The notes under the pieces are model-generated. The model did not search any database and had not been told where the DNA came from. It saw only the letters and a list, made by a program, of their open reading frames with translations. A DNA stretch of 64,000 nt from Bacteroidia bacterium (GTDB lineage Bacteria > Bacteroidota > Bacteroidia > Palsa-965), in contig JALONL010000006.1 in assembly GCA_025454955.1 (NCBI GenBank), positions 284,198 to 348,197 on the forward strand. The letters are read 5' to 3'. Positions 9,701-19,400 of the stretch are shown here, in pieces (the first letter of the stretch is position 1; every line of letters begins with the position of its first letter). The translations under genes were made by a program, and so were the position numbers.

Positions 9701-10837
9701 ATAATACACATATTTCGACATAATGATCTGCTCGCCCGTTTCGTCAGTCATTCCATCGCGGTCATTGTCCTCCCCATCAATCGCATCGGCCAGCGGCCCT
9801 TCGAAAAAGTCGAGACCAAATGCCGGAGGATTGGCGCCATAAGTGCCCAGCGAGGGTTGCGGGTTTCCTCCGTCGTTCGACACGCCGTTGTAAGTATAGC
9901 CCAAACCACGCTGTACATCGCAACCCACGTAATCGTCGAGGTAAAATCCCAGATCAGAATCCACCCATTGTCCGAAATACGTTTCTTCCAGTCTTACTGT
10001 ACTCCGGTTAATGATCTGATAGGTGTAAAAAGTCATGTTATTAATTTCATCGTTTGTGCCAAATGCAAAAGCCTGCGCACGTATTTCGAGGCCAATGGCT
10101 TCGCCGCCGGTTTGCGTGTGTATATTGCCACGATCGTTAAATACCCACCATAAATTCTGATCGCCAAACAACTGGTTTTTCGAGCAGTTGGCCTGGCCGG
10201 TTAAGTTAAATGCGGGATACTCGCATTGCTCCCACTCGTAAACGCCGTTGTTATTGTGGTCGGCAAACGGAGCCAGAAACTGCAACTGACCTAAAGCCAC
10301 ATTACCGTTGCCCGGCCAGTTGATAATATTGTTTGGCACAGTGTAGCCGATATAAAGATTTGGGTTTTCGCACCAGGCGGCAAAATCTTCCACCTCCTTT
10401 CTCGAGATTTCATAAATTTTATTGAACTGATTGCAGATGTCTGCATCTGTAGAAGCATTGTTATCGAGCGGGCCTGGAAAGAAATCGTTTCCTGCCTGAC
10501 GATACGTTTGTGCAGCCACTTTCAGTTGTCCGCCCGCATCCAATCCGCCGATCCACAGCGACGATGCAAACGAAGAGTGGGCACGGCTGCCTTTGGGAAT
10601 TTCGTAACGCGGCGAGTTGGTAAGATCCCACCACATATCACCACCATTGTAAATGGTAGTGCGCACGTTGTTTATGTCGAGATCGGTTTGTGCCGAAGCC
10701 GGTGTGCAGGACGAGGCCACTCTCAGGTCGGAAGCCGGTTGCGCCATCATACGGTTTCTTCCGGCGCCGCCCTCACGGGCGTGTGCAGCAAAACCCATCA
10801 GGGCAAAGGCAATAATTGTTGGGAAATAATTCTTCAT
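6755..10837 (-). CDS. Large secreted surface protein (1360 aa) with signal peptide and C-terminal T9SS type-A sorting domain; paralog of 12290..16393
   Basis: The N-terminal signal (MKNYFPTIIAFALMGFAAHA) and a C-terminal ~90 aa (VVPNPYYAYSGYE...IRIYTVSGTLVRTY...LASGLYIIHVEVPGVGEKILKWFGV) match the Por_Secre_tail pattern (PNP..., SGLYfv). The protein aligns along its whole length with the second giant ORF. Confidence 0.7.
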   Translation of the reverse strand: MKNYFPTIIAFALMGFAAHAREGGAGRNRMMAQPASDLRVASSCTPASAQTDLDINNVRTTIYNGGDMWWDLTNSPRYEIPKGSRAHSSFASSLWIGGLDAGGQLKVAAQTYRQAGNDFFPGPLDNNASTDADICNQFNKIYEISRKEVEDFAAWCENPNLYIGYTVPNNIINWPGNGNVALGQLQFLAPFADHNNNGVYEWEQCEYPAFNLTGQANCSKNQLFGDQNLWWVFNDRGNIHTQTGGEAIGLEIRAQAFAFGTNDEINNMTFYTYQIINRSTVRLEETYFGQWVDSDLGFYLDDYVGCDVQRGLGYTYNGVSNDGGNPQPSLGTYGANPPAFGLDFFEGPLADAIDGEDNDRDGMTDETGEQIIMSKYVYYNNNESVIGEPQNATHYYNYLSGFWKDGTPITYGGNGYGGSQPANFMFPGSTDPQFSTTPWTEVTAGNTPDDRRMLTSAGPFTLEPGEVNYITVGAVWARAASGGPLASVELLRVTDDKAQTLFNSCFRTLEGPRAPDMDIQELDKEIVIYLKNSPSSNNYLGNFSTTDANIVAYHNLVTRYGGAGLDTTYNFEGYQIFQLKDETVSPTDVYDADKARLVAQCDVRNGIAQLVNRTLDASLGMEVPMDMTLQADDKGIQHSFSIREDAFASGDRRLVNHKTYYYTVRAYAQNEYLKYLEESFDTLNPNKPSNIGQKKPYLAGRGNIVKYTAIPHIPSPELGGTFQSSQYGSGPEITRVEGCGNGNQVIDLTPASELAILNAATVNNGGTSRADMITYAAGRGPVNIKVIDPLNVPEGDFELRLINNPYSKYTVTDTARWELRQTTPVNRVVAVSDRAISMASIFANEQLIPDLGLSITVSQVQNPGWQFNPDKNGVLEANITFSDETKRWLSGVKDRDGQQPGNWIRSGTVRGDTTDPCRIFWDDERQFQYGGTWFDEQQEFEKLIDGTWAPYRMCALNPSPSATTICNPAGPALNNAVSLSANKLENIASVDIVFTNDKSKWTRVPVFESGPVKQMNLGQREAFTLRNSPSVDKQGTQNNAAEANLISSTGMGWFPGYAINVETGERLNMAFSENTGLAAENGRDMLWNPSANEMTQFNNVLWGGMHYLYVFGHNGNAVFSGIDPSLDGRLRDIPAYDMGKTMIDIMQSPLANTYRREIWADAMWVSIPMLDRDYAAHNWNYNGSPLPCDARVRLRVAKPYKRFYNGMNPAGGNVIMATDSAGTATPVQNRNNPMYTFNTRNLKVATQNQNAAVNALDLINVVPNPYYAYSGYEKNQLDNRVKITNLPDKCRIRIYTVSGTLVRTYTKDDSQITSLDWDLKNQAGIPLASGLYIIHVEVPGVGEKILKWFGVMRPLDLDAY

Positions 10838-11107
10838 ACGCTCAAAAAATTAATGAGTGATACAATAGCGTATTGATCAAATGGTCTGTTTCAAAGACAC
10901 ATTTAATGAATAAAAAGGGGGGATGAAAAACGGTTCATTAAAGAACCTGCGGGGATTAGCCGGCCGGGGATGGCCGCTGCAAAAAACAATAATAACCGGG
11001 GATACTTATTATCTTCTTAATAAACGATGATACAAATAAAACATGCCTCACTTCAACAATCAACCGCATTCACACATCCGGCAGGAAGTGCTTCACAAGT
11101 GGGTAAA

Positions 11108-11146
11108 AAAAAGGCATCCCTGAAAAATTCAGGGATGCCATTGTAC
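11108..11146 (-). terminator. Rho-independent terminator after the PorV-like gene
   Basis: Minus-strand read: GGCATCCCTGA-ATTTT-TCAGGGATGCC followed by TTTTTT. It lies immediately 3' of the stop at 11164. Confidence 0.6.
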
Positions 11147-11163
11147 TTTTTATTGTGTTGTGC

Positions 11164-12246
11164 TTACAGATTTATCCTTGCACCGAAACTATGAACCCCG
11201 TTAAACGGATTGGTAGCACGGTAAGAATAATCGATAGCGAAGGTTGAACCACGCTTGGAGAACGGAAGTTCGAGTGTAATACCGGCAGAGGGGCCGGTGA
11301 AAGCGGTGGTACGGGTTTCTTCGTCCAGAATACCTGCTTCGTAATCGTAACCGGCACGAATCATAAGCATGGAGCGCCATGCATATTCAACGCCCAAACG
11401 GTAGTTGTCTTTCTGGAAAGAGTTCGACACGAAGTTACCCGCCACAGTAATGCGGTTATTCTTCATCGAGGTGCTGTCTTTCGAGAAGTAGAAATCGTAA
11501 GAACCACCGATGTTGATGAGTGTGGGCAATTCGAAATCTGATGAACGCTGCTCAATGGTCATTGAATAGGTTCCCGACGGAGCCACACCGCGGAACGAAA
11601 GACCGTCGCCGCTGAAGCGCATACGGGGCCCTACGTTGCGAAGCGCAATACCGAATTTCAACTGCTCATACTTACCGGTTACGTACTGAATACCGGCATC
11701 AATGGCCACACCGCGTGCAGCCACATCGGCTGTTGACTGGGAAATGGCACGGAGTACGATACCACCGTAGATATTTTCGGAGAAGCCTTTGGCGTAAGAG
11801 AGGCCGATGTTGGTAAAGTTCGGACGGAAAGTACCGATACCGCCTTCGGGAAGGTCGGTGGTGGTGATCGGAATATCACCGAAATCCATCGACATTACAC
11901 CGAGACCAATAGCACCGGTTTCGCCCACACGCTGGGTAAAGCCGAATGAATTGATGTTGATTCCGGCACCTGAGAGCCAGTTGGTACGGCAAAACATAAG
12001 CTCAGTGCGCTTTGTAAATGCAGTACCGGCCACGTTAAAGTACATAGCTTCCAGGCCACGGATACCGGATGTATTGGCTCCGGCCCAACCTGATGAACGC
12101 GCCCAGGGATTTATCAGCAGTTCGCTGGCACCGGCCTGTCCGGCTCGGTCTTCGTTACCTGCCTGCAGGTTGCCGGCCGAACCGGCCAGCAACGCTGCTG
12201 CAAGAATAGAGGCAAGGACTTTATGCTGTTTCATGATCTTGTGCAA
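11164..12246 (-). CDS. porV: T9SS outer-membrane beta-barrel protein, PorV/PorQ (LptO) family, FadL-like
   Basis: A 360-aa ORF with a signal peptide. The N-terminal motif ELLINPWARSSGWAGANTSG resembles the PorV hallmark (FLLIsPDARsgGMGDaGvA). It has an alternating beta-strand pattern and is sandwiched between two T9SS-cargo genes. Confidence 0.6.
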   Translation of the reverse strand: MHKIMKQHKVLASILAAALLAGSAGNLQAGNEDRAGQAGASELLINPWARSSGWAGANTSGIRGLEAMYFNVAGTAFTKRTELMFCRTNWLSGAGININSFGFTQRVGETGAIGLGVMSMDFGDIPITTTDLPEGGIGTFRPNFTNIGLSYAKGFSENIYGGIVLRAISQSTADVAARGVAIDAGIQYVTGKYEQLKFGIALRNVGPRMRFSGDGLSFRGVAPSGTYSMTIEQRSSDFELPTLINIGGSYDFYFSKDSTSMKNNRITVAGNFVSNSFQKDNYRLGVEYAWRSMLMIRAGYDYEAGILDEETRTTAFTGPSAGITLELPFSKRGSTFAIDYSYRATNPFNGVHSFGARINL

Positions 12247-12289
12247 TAGAATGTTCTAAAATGGTCTGTCTGTTTCTGTTCCCTGCTTC

Positions 12290-15200
12290 TTAATAAGCAT
12301 CGAGGTCAAGCGGACGCATTACGCCAAACCATTTCAGGATTTTTTCACCCACACCGGGCACCTCTACGTGGATAATGTAAAGACCGCTGGCCACAGGAAT
12401 ATTGGCCTGGTTCTTCAGATCCCAGTCGAGTGATGTAATCGGTGAGTCTTTGGTGAATGTACGTATCAGTGTACCGCTTACCGTGTAAATGCGAATTGTA
12501 CACTTATCGGGCAGGTTGGTAATCTTGATACGGTTGTCGAGCTGGTTGGTCTCGTAACCCGAGTACGCATAGTACGGGTTGGGCACCACGTTAATCAGAT
12601 CAAGTGCATTCTTGGCAACCGTCTGATCTGATTTGGATGTTTTCAGATCGCGGGTGGTGAATGCATACATCGGGTTGTTAGCGTTCTGAATAGCAGGCTG
12701 TCCGGGGCCACCGGCCGTGTCGGCAGCATTAATAATGTTGCCGCTCAGGTTATTGATACCTGTGTAGAAACGACGGTAGGGCTTGGCTACACGCAGACGT
12801 ACTTTTACGTCGCAGGGCAGCGGTGAGCCGGCATAGTTAAAGGTGTAGCTTGCGTAGTCGTTATCCAGCACCGGAATGTTTACCCACATAGCATCAACGA
12901 AAATTTCGCGGCGCTCGGTGTTCACATTGGTAGAGGTGAGGATACGCTGCATGGTCACACCACGGTCGTAGGCCGGAATATCGCTGAGCTGACCATTCAG
13001 GTTCGGGTCAGAGTTACCCGAGTATCTGCGGTTGCCATTGTGGCCAAACACGTAGATATGGTGGAAACCACCCCAGAGAAGATCGCCAAAGGTTGTGCTA
13101 ACGTTTGCGGTGGGATTCCAGAGCATGTCGCGGCCGTTTTCGGCACCGAGTGCTGTGTTTTCACCAAAAGCCATATTGAGGCGCTCGCCTGTTTCTACGT
13201 TAATGGCGTAGCCGGGGAACCAGCTCATACCCGTTGCGGCTGTAAGATCGCCGGTAGCGTTGTCATAGCCCGGATCACCGGCTTTACGACCCCACTGATC
13301 TACTGAGGGAGAGTTGCGAATGGTAAACGCTTCGCGCTGACCCAGGTTAAGCTGACGAACAGGTCCAACCTCAATTACCGGCACACGGGTCCACTTCGAG
13401 CGGTCGTTGGTAAATACAACGTCCACGTTGGAAAGGAAACTCATACGTGTCTGGGTGAGGAGAGCCGCAGTAGTCGGGAATGCCGGACCGGCATCGTAGC
13501 AAATAGTTGTTTGATTGGGTGTCGGGTTGGTGGCGGCAAGGCGATAAGGAGCCCAGGTACCGTCAACCACACCTTCATATACACCATCTCTGTCTATAGG
13601 TACGTTTGCCTGTTCTTCGTCGTCAAGCTGAGCCTGACAGGGTCCCTGAGGTCCGGGGTTTGTACCCGCACGAATCCAGTTGAAAGCGTTCTGTCCGTCG
13701 GTATCCACAATACCCGAGAGCCAGCGGCGTGTTGTCTCACTGAAAGTCATGCTTGACTCAAGGTAGCCGTTGCGGTCGGGGTTGTTTTGCGAACCCGGAT
13801 CCTGCACCTGCGAAATGGTAATTGACATACCCAGATCAGGCAGAAGCTGTTCGTTGGCAAAAACACTTACCATGTTAATGGCACGCTCAGAGGTGGCAAT
13901 TACCGTGGGCGATGAAGCATTGGTTACATCAATCAGTTGCCAGTTGGCAGTGGTAGCCACAGAGAAATTACTGTACGGGTTGTTGATGAATTTCACCTGA
14001 TAATCACCTTCGGGTACGTTCAGCGGGTCGATCACTTTTACGTTAATCGGGCCACGGCCGTTTTCGTAGGTAATTTCGTTTAAGCGGCTGGTACCACCCT
14101 GATCTACTGAGGTCTGAGCCATAATGGCATCAATAGAGGCCTGGGTAAGATCAAGTACGTTGTTACCGTTACCACAACCTTCAATACGGGTAATTTTCGG
14201 ACCTGAACCATAAGATGAATTCAGACCGGTTCCGCCAAGTTCGGGTGAAGGAATGTGGGGAATTACCGAATACACACGCACGTTCTTACGACCTGCAAGG
14301 TAAGGCTTCTTCTGGCCAATGTTTGAGGGCGAAAGCGGGTTGAAAGGATCGTAGGTTACATCGTCGTAAGTAAGGTAACGGTTGTAAGAATACGACAACG
14401 CCATGAAGTAGTACGTCTTGTGGTTTACCAAACGACGGTCGCCAGCAGCAAACGCATCTTCGGTAATGCTGAACGACTTCACGATGCCACCATCTTCAGC
14501 AATCAGGGTCATGTCCTGCGGAACATCAGCGTTAAGTGCTTCGTTACGGTTCAGGTTCACAAGCTGGGTAACGCCGTTACGAATATCGCACTGGGCCACC
14601 AAACGGGCACGGTCGGGATCGTAAAGGTCGGCGGTGGTTACAGACTGATCTTTCAACTGGAAGATCTGATAACCTTCGAAGTTGAAGGTGGTATCGAGCG
14701 GTGAACCCACGAGGGCGCTGTAGGTAATTGAAGGGTCAGTAGCTTCGTAAGACTCAAGGTAGTTGTTGCTGGTGGGCTTGTTGCTCAGGTAAAGCACTAC
14801 CTGACGGTCGAGTTCCTGGAAGTCCATATCCGGAGCATCAGGGCCATCGAGTGTACGGAAGCAGGCATTGAACAGGCTCTGGGCTTTGTCGTCGGTAACG
14901 CGGAGCAGTTCTACAGAAGCTGCAGGACCACCGCTACCGGCACGGGCCCAAACCGCACCTACAGTTACATAGTTTACCGCACCGGGCTGGAGGGTGAAGG
15001 GTCCGGCCGACTGGATGAAGCGACGGTCGGCAGGAGTATTGTTCTCGGTAATTTCAGACCATACCACCGGGTTGTTGGGATCGGTATCGCCGGGGAACAT
15101 GAAGTTGTAGGGCTGCGCGCCACCATAACCGTTTCCGCCATAAGTTACAGGAGTACCGTCTTTCCAGAAACCGGTAAGGTAGTTGTAAATGTGAGTACCG

Positions 15201-16393
15201 TTTTCAGGGTTACCGGTAACCGAGAAGTCGTTGTTGTAGTAAATAAACTTAGCCATGATGATCTGCTCACCGGCTTCGTCGGTCACACCGTCACGGTCAT
15301 TGTCCACTCCGTCAAACGGATCGGCGGCAGGTCCTTCGAAGAAGTCCATACCAAACGCAGGCGGGTTGGCACCGTAAGTACCCAGGCTGGGCTGCGGGCT
15401 GCCACCGTCGTTTTGTGTACCGTTATAGGTATAACCCAAACCACGTACTACGTCGCAACCAACATAGTCATCGTTGTAAAGACCAAGGTCAGAATCCACC
15501 CACTTACCGAAATAAGTATTGTTGAGTGTAATTGACGAACGGTTAATTACCTGATAGGCGTAGAAGGTCATGTTGTTGATCTCGTCGTTGGTGGCAAAGG
15601 CAAAAGCCTGAGCGTGAATTTCGAGACCAATCGGGTTGGCACCTGTTTCAGAGTGTACGTTACCTTTATCGTTGAATACCCACCAGAGAGTCTGGTCGCC
15701 ATAAAGCTGGAATTTTGTACATCCCAGGCTGTTGGTAAGGTCGTAACCCGGATATTCACCGGCTGCCCATTCATACACACCGTTCTGGTTAATATCGGCA
15801 AACGGAGCCAGATAACGGCCCTGATTCAGCGATACATCACCGTTACCCGGCCAGTTCTGGATGGTAAGCGGCACGGTATAACCCGGAAATGCAGAAGGAT
15901 CGGCATACCATGCGGCATAGTCTTCTACTTCCTTACGGGTAATTTTCCAGTGACGATCGTAAGCCACGCACTGATCGGCTTCGATAGATGCCGTAGTGGT
16001 ATCGAGCGGACCGGGCCAGAAGTCGTTACCTGTCTGGCGATAGGTCATAGCAGCCACTTTAAGCTGGCCACCCGCATCAAGACCACCAATCCAGAGCGAT
16101 GCAGCGAATGAGGAGTGAGCACGGCCGCCTTTGGGAATTTCGTATTTGGCGTTGCTCAGATCCCACCACATATCGCCGCCACCAAGGATGGTTGTGCGTA
16201 CGTTGTTGATGTCAAGGTCTGTTTGTGAAGTAGCCGGTGTGCAGGACGACGCAAGTTGTTGCGACGAGTTGCCACGGTTTCCTGAATATCCCTGGCGGTT
16301 GCCAGAAGCACCGTTTTCACGGGCTCCGGCGGTAACCGCAAATGCCATCGCAGCTGCAACAGGGAGAATGTAGTATGGACGCTTGGTATTCAT
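12290..16393 (-). CDS. Large secreted surface protein (1367 aa) with C-terminal T9SS type-A sorting domain; paralog of 6755..10837 (PorU-like role possible but unproven)
   Basis: It has a signal peptide, the same internal motifs as the first giant (SSCTPA.SQTDLDINNVRTTI, WIGGLDAGGQLKVAA, DxDxDG-like Ca-binding stretch DGVDNDRDGVTDE) and a near-identical C-terminal sorting domain. It lies directly upstream of the PorV-like gene, as in porU-porV arrangements. Confidence 0.7.
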   Translation of the reverse strand: MNTKRPYYILPVAAAMAFAVTAGARENGASGNRQGYSGNRGNSSQQLASSCTPATSQTDLDINNVRTTILGGGDMWWDLSNAKYEIPKGGRAHSSFAASLWIGGLDAGGQLKVAAMTYRQTGNDFWPGPLDTTTASIEADQCVAYDRHWKITRKEVEDYAAWYADPSAFPGYTVPLTIQNWPGNGDVSLNQGRYLAPFADINQNGVYEWAAGEYPGYDLTNSLGCTKFQLYGDQTLWWVFNDKGNVHSETGANPIGLEIHAQAFAFATNDEINNMTFYAYQVINRSSITLNNTYFGKWVDSDLGLYNDDYVGCDVVRGLGYTYNGTQNDGGSPQPSLGTYGANPPAFGMDFFEGPAADPFDGVDNDRDGVTDEAGEQIIMAKFIYYNNDFSVTGNPENGTHIYNYLTGFWKDGTPVTYGGNGYGGAQPYNFMFPGDTDPNNPVVWSEITENNTPADRRFIQSAGPFTLQPGAVNYVTVGAVWARAGSGGPAASVELLRVTDDKAQSLFNACFRTLDGPDAPDMDFQELDRQVVLYLSNKPTSNNYLESYEATDPSITYSALVGSPLDTTFNFEGYQIFQLKDQSVTTADLYDPDRARLVAQCDIRNGVTQLVNLNRNEALNADVPQDMTLIAEDGGIVKSFSITEDAFAAGDRRLVNHKTYYFMALSYSYNRYLTYDDVTYDPFNPLSPSNIGQKKPYLAGRKNVRVYSVIPHIPSPELGGTGLNSSYGSGPKITRIEGCGNGNNVLDLTQASIDAIMAQTSVDQGGTSRLNEITYENGRGPINVKVIDPLNVPEGDYQVKFINNPYSNFSVATTANWQLIDVTNASSPTVIATSERAINMVSVFANEQLLPDLGMSITISQVQDPGSQNNPDRNGYLESSMTFSETTRRWLSGIVDTDGQNAFNWIRAGTNPGPQGPCQAQLDDEEQANVPIDRDGVYEGVVDGTWAPYRLAATNPTPNQTTICYDAGPAFPTTAALLTQTRMSFLSNVDVVFTNDRSKWTRVPVIEVGPVRQLNLGQREAFTIRNSPSVDQWGRKAGDPGYDNATGDLTAATGMSWFPGYAINVETGERLNMAFGENTALGAENGRDMLWNPTANVSTTFGDLLWGGFHHIYVFGHNGNRRYSGNSDPNLNGQLSDIPAYDRGVTMQRILTSTNVNTERREIFVDAMWVNIPVLDNDYASYTFNYAGSPLPCDVKVRLRVAKPYRRFYTGINNLSGNIINAADTAGGPGQPAIQNANNPMYAFTTRDLKTSKSDQTVAKNALDLINVVPNPYYAYSGYETNQLDNRIKITNLPDKCTIRIYTVSGTLIRTFTKDSPITSLDWDLKNQANIPVASGLYIIHVEVPGVGEKILKWFGVMRPLDLDAY

Positions 16394-16458
16394 TTTCGCT
16401 TCCTTTATTTAATTCGTTCGCTTCTTGTGTTTTGTGTATTGATCTATACAAACCGGGA

Positions 16459-19400
16459 TCAGAAGTCAAGCATGATGCCCAGACGAATACGGCGGGGGAT
16501 GCTGTAGAATGTCGGATCAGCCATTTTCACAGAATACAGATCGCGGAACGATTGGGGATCGTTTTGCGCAGCGATGAGCGCCTGAGTGCTGGCATCAGAC
16601 AGGTAGCCATCGTCGTTAGCGTTACCGGTGTAGCGGTAAACGTTAAGTACGTTTTGAGTGTTGAGGATGTTGAGCACCTGGAGGTAGATGTTCAGGGCAG
16701 CCACTTTCTGGTTGTCGCCTGAGCCCCAGGTAAGATCTACGTTCTTGTCGATACGAAGGTCGGCACGAACCTGCCAGGGCAGACGTGAACCGTTAATCAG
16801 ACCATCGAGCAGCGGACGGGCAGCCACACCGAACTGAGCTTCGGGAGTAGCGTTCGACTGGCGGGTGTAGGGTGTACCAGAACCGGCACGCAGTACCAGG
16901 TTGGCACCTACGTTGTCGAACACACGCACTTCGCGTTTGTTTTTGCCCATGGTCCACACGGGGCCACGGTAGTTGGCACCCGAACCAAAACGGTAGTCGA
17001 TGTTGGTAACGATGGCATGACGCTGGTCGAAGCTGAGCGGCAGGGTGGTGCGCAGGTTGGGCTGGCCGGCTGCTACGAGGTTCTGAGCTTCGGTGGCACC
17101 TGAACCGGTACCATCGGCAAACTGCAGGGTATAGCTGGCGGTAAGCTGTACGCCACCGGTACGACGGAGGTCATAAGCCACGGTGAAACCTTTTACTGTA
17201 CCGAAGTCGATGTTACCATAAGTAAGGTAGTTCGACGGGTAAGCAAACTGAACAGCCACTACCTGAATCATGTTTCGGAGTTCGCGGTAGAAACCAGAGA
17301 TGGTGATGGCTGAGTTCTTACGCTCGTTCAGGGTTTGTGTAAAACCAAGCTCGTAGTCGGTGGTGCGCTGCGGCTGGAGGTTCGGGTTGTTGTTAAACAA
17401 ACCTACACGGTTCTGAATGTAGAGGTACTGAATCGGGTCGAGACGGAAACCGTCGGTGGGACGCTGGGTAAGTACATCGTAGTGAGCAAAGAAGTTGGCT
17501 TCTTCCGAAATCGGGAACGCAAAAGCAATACGCGGCATAATGTTGAGCTGGGGCTCATAGTCGCGGAATGATTTGGCATTTACCACAGTCTGGCTGGGAT
17601 CAACCAGGTAAGGAGTAATACGGCCGGTTGAGGTAGCCTGGGCAATAAGAGAAACGTCAGAGATTTCGTTACCCTGAGCATTGTACCAGGTGTTCTCATC
17701 GCGGTAACCTACTACTGCGGTGGGGTTGTTCAGGTCGTTTACATATACTACGTAATCGCTGCCCATGTTGGTGGGGTGAGAGAAGTTTGTGGCTTCCGAC
17801 ACAGTTTTGGTTTCGTAGAATACATAAGGATCGCGGAGTACCTGCTGGTTGGCATCGAAACGGTCGATACGAACACCCACGTTGAACTTAATGTCTTTGA
17901 AGTCGAATTTATCCTGAATATAACCGGCCATGTAAATGGGGCGGAAAGAACCGATGGTGCGGCTCAGGTTACCATTGGCATCGGTGCCGGTGAGGAAATC
18001 ATCGAACGAAGGATTGCCTTTGATTTTTTTGCCGGTATGATCGTAACCGTAATAAGAAACGATGTTGCTGCCGTCGAGCAGAAGGTCTTCGGCGCTGAAC
18101 ATGTTCAGATTAAAGAAGGTCGGATCCATGTTGTCGATATCGATCCACTCGGTACCGGTGGCACTCAGGCCCATTGCTTCGCGCACAGAGCGGTCGAAAT
18201 AACGCTGCTGGCTGCCATCGTAAAGACGCTCGTAGAGGTAAGCGTTGTAGGTTCCGTAGTTTACTTCGAGGGGGTTGGCCAGATCAAGCTGTGTAAGGTG
18301 GAAGTTGGCCAACTGACGCATACGTGTCCAGAGGTCGATGGCGCTCAGACTGAATTCACTTTCGTCGCGCTGCTCGAACTCGAAACCAACCTGAATGGCG
18401 TGGTTCTTAATATCGGCAGAGAAGCTGGTGAATACGCGGAACTGACGACGATCCTGCTTGAGGTAACCCGGGAACTGACGGCCGGTATTCCACCAGAGCG
18501 AGTAAACGCTGGGGGCGCGTGAGCCGTTAAGCAAACCGAGAAGAGCCGGTACCTGATCGTAATTCTGAATCTGGCCGGTGAAATTATCGAATACGTAATC
18601 GGTGTAGTTGGTACCGAGCGGGTTCGAAGAGTTTGAACCGTCGAAAACAAGTGCCGAATCAGCGAAAGCCTGCTGTACAAAACCGCTTACCACATCGCCA
18701 TTGGGCAGGGTAACGGTTCCGGGCTGGAAGAAACGGGTTTTGTACTGGGTGAATTTACCCACATGTCCATAACGGAAATAATCGTCGCGGTGGGTATCAT
18801 CTTCGCGGGTAAAGGTGTAACGTGTGTAACCTACCTGCAGGGTATAGAACGCGTTCTTGATATTGGAAGCTGATTCCTGGTTGGTATTCCCGAAACGCTG
18901 CGTAAGACGGGCATATACACGCCAGGTGTTCTGGGTAACCTGCGGGTTGTTTACCGGGTTGAAAAGTGCATATTCATAGGTAAACGAGTGTTCGCGGCTG
19001 TAGTCGATAGAACCACCGAAGGTAATATTCAGGTTGGCGGTGGGTTTGAAGTCGATTTTGGCATTCAGACGCAGTGCACGTTCGGCCACGTTCTGGCGGG
19101 CCGCAATTTTTTCGAGATCATTCATACGAACGAATTCCGAGTTACGTACAAAGCCGGTGCCCAGAGGAGCCGGACGAAGCGGATTGGCTTCGAGGTTACG
19201 AAGCACATCGTCTTTTACCTTATATACACCAATAGCCGAAGGGTTGGCATCGCGCTCAGACACACCTTCACCGGAAAGAATAAAGCCAAGCACAGGCGAT
19301 TTGTTGCCTGCCGAGTCTTTACGCATCCAGATGGGGCCGCCCACGCTGAAACCTACGAAGTTGTAGCCAAAATCGTCGAGTACTTCGGAAGTGATTAATT

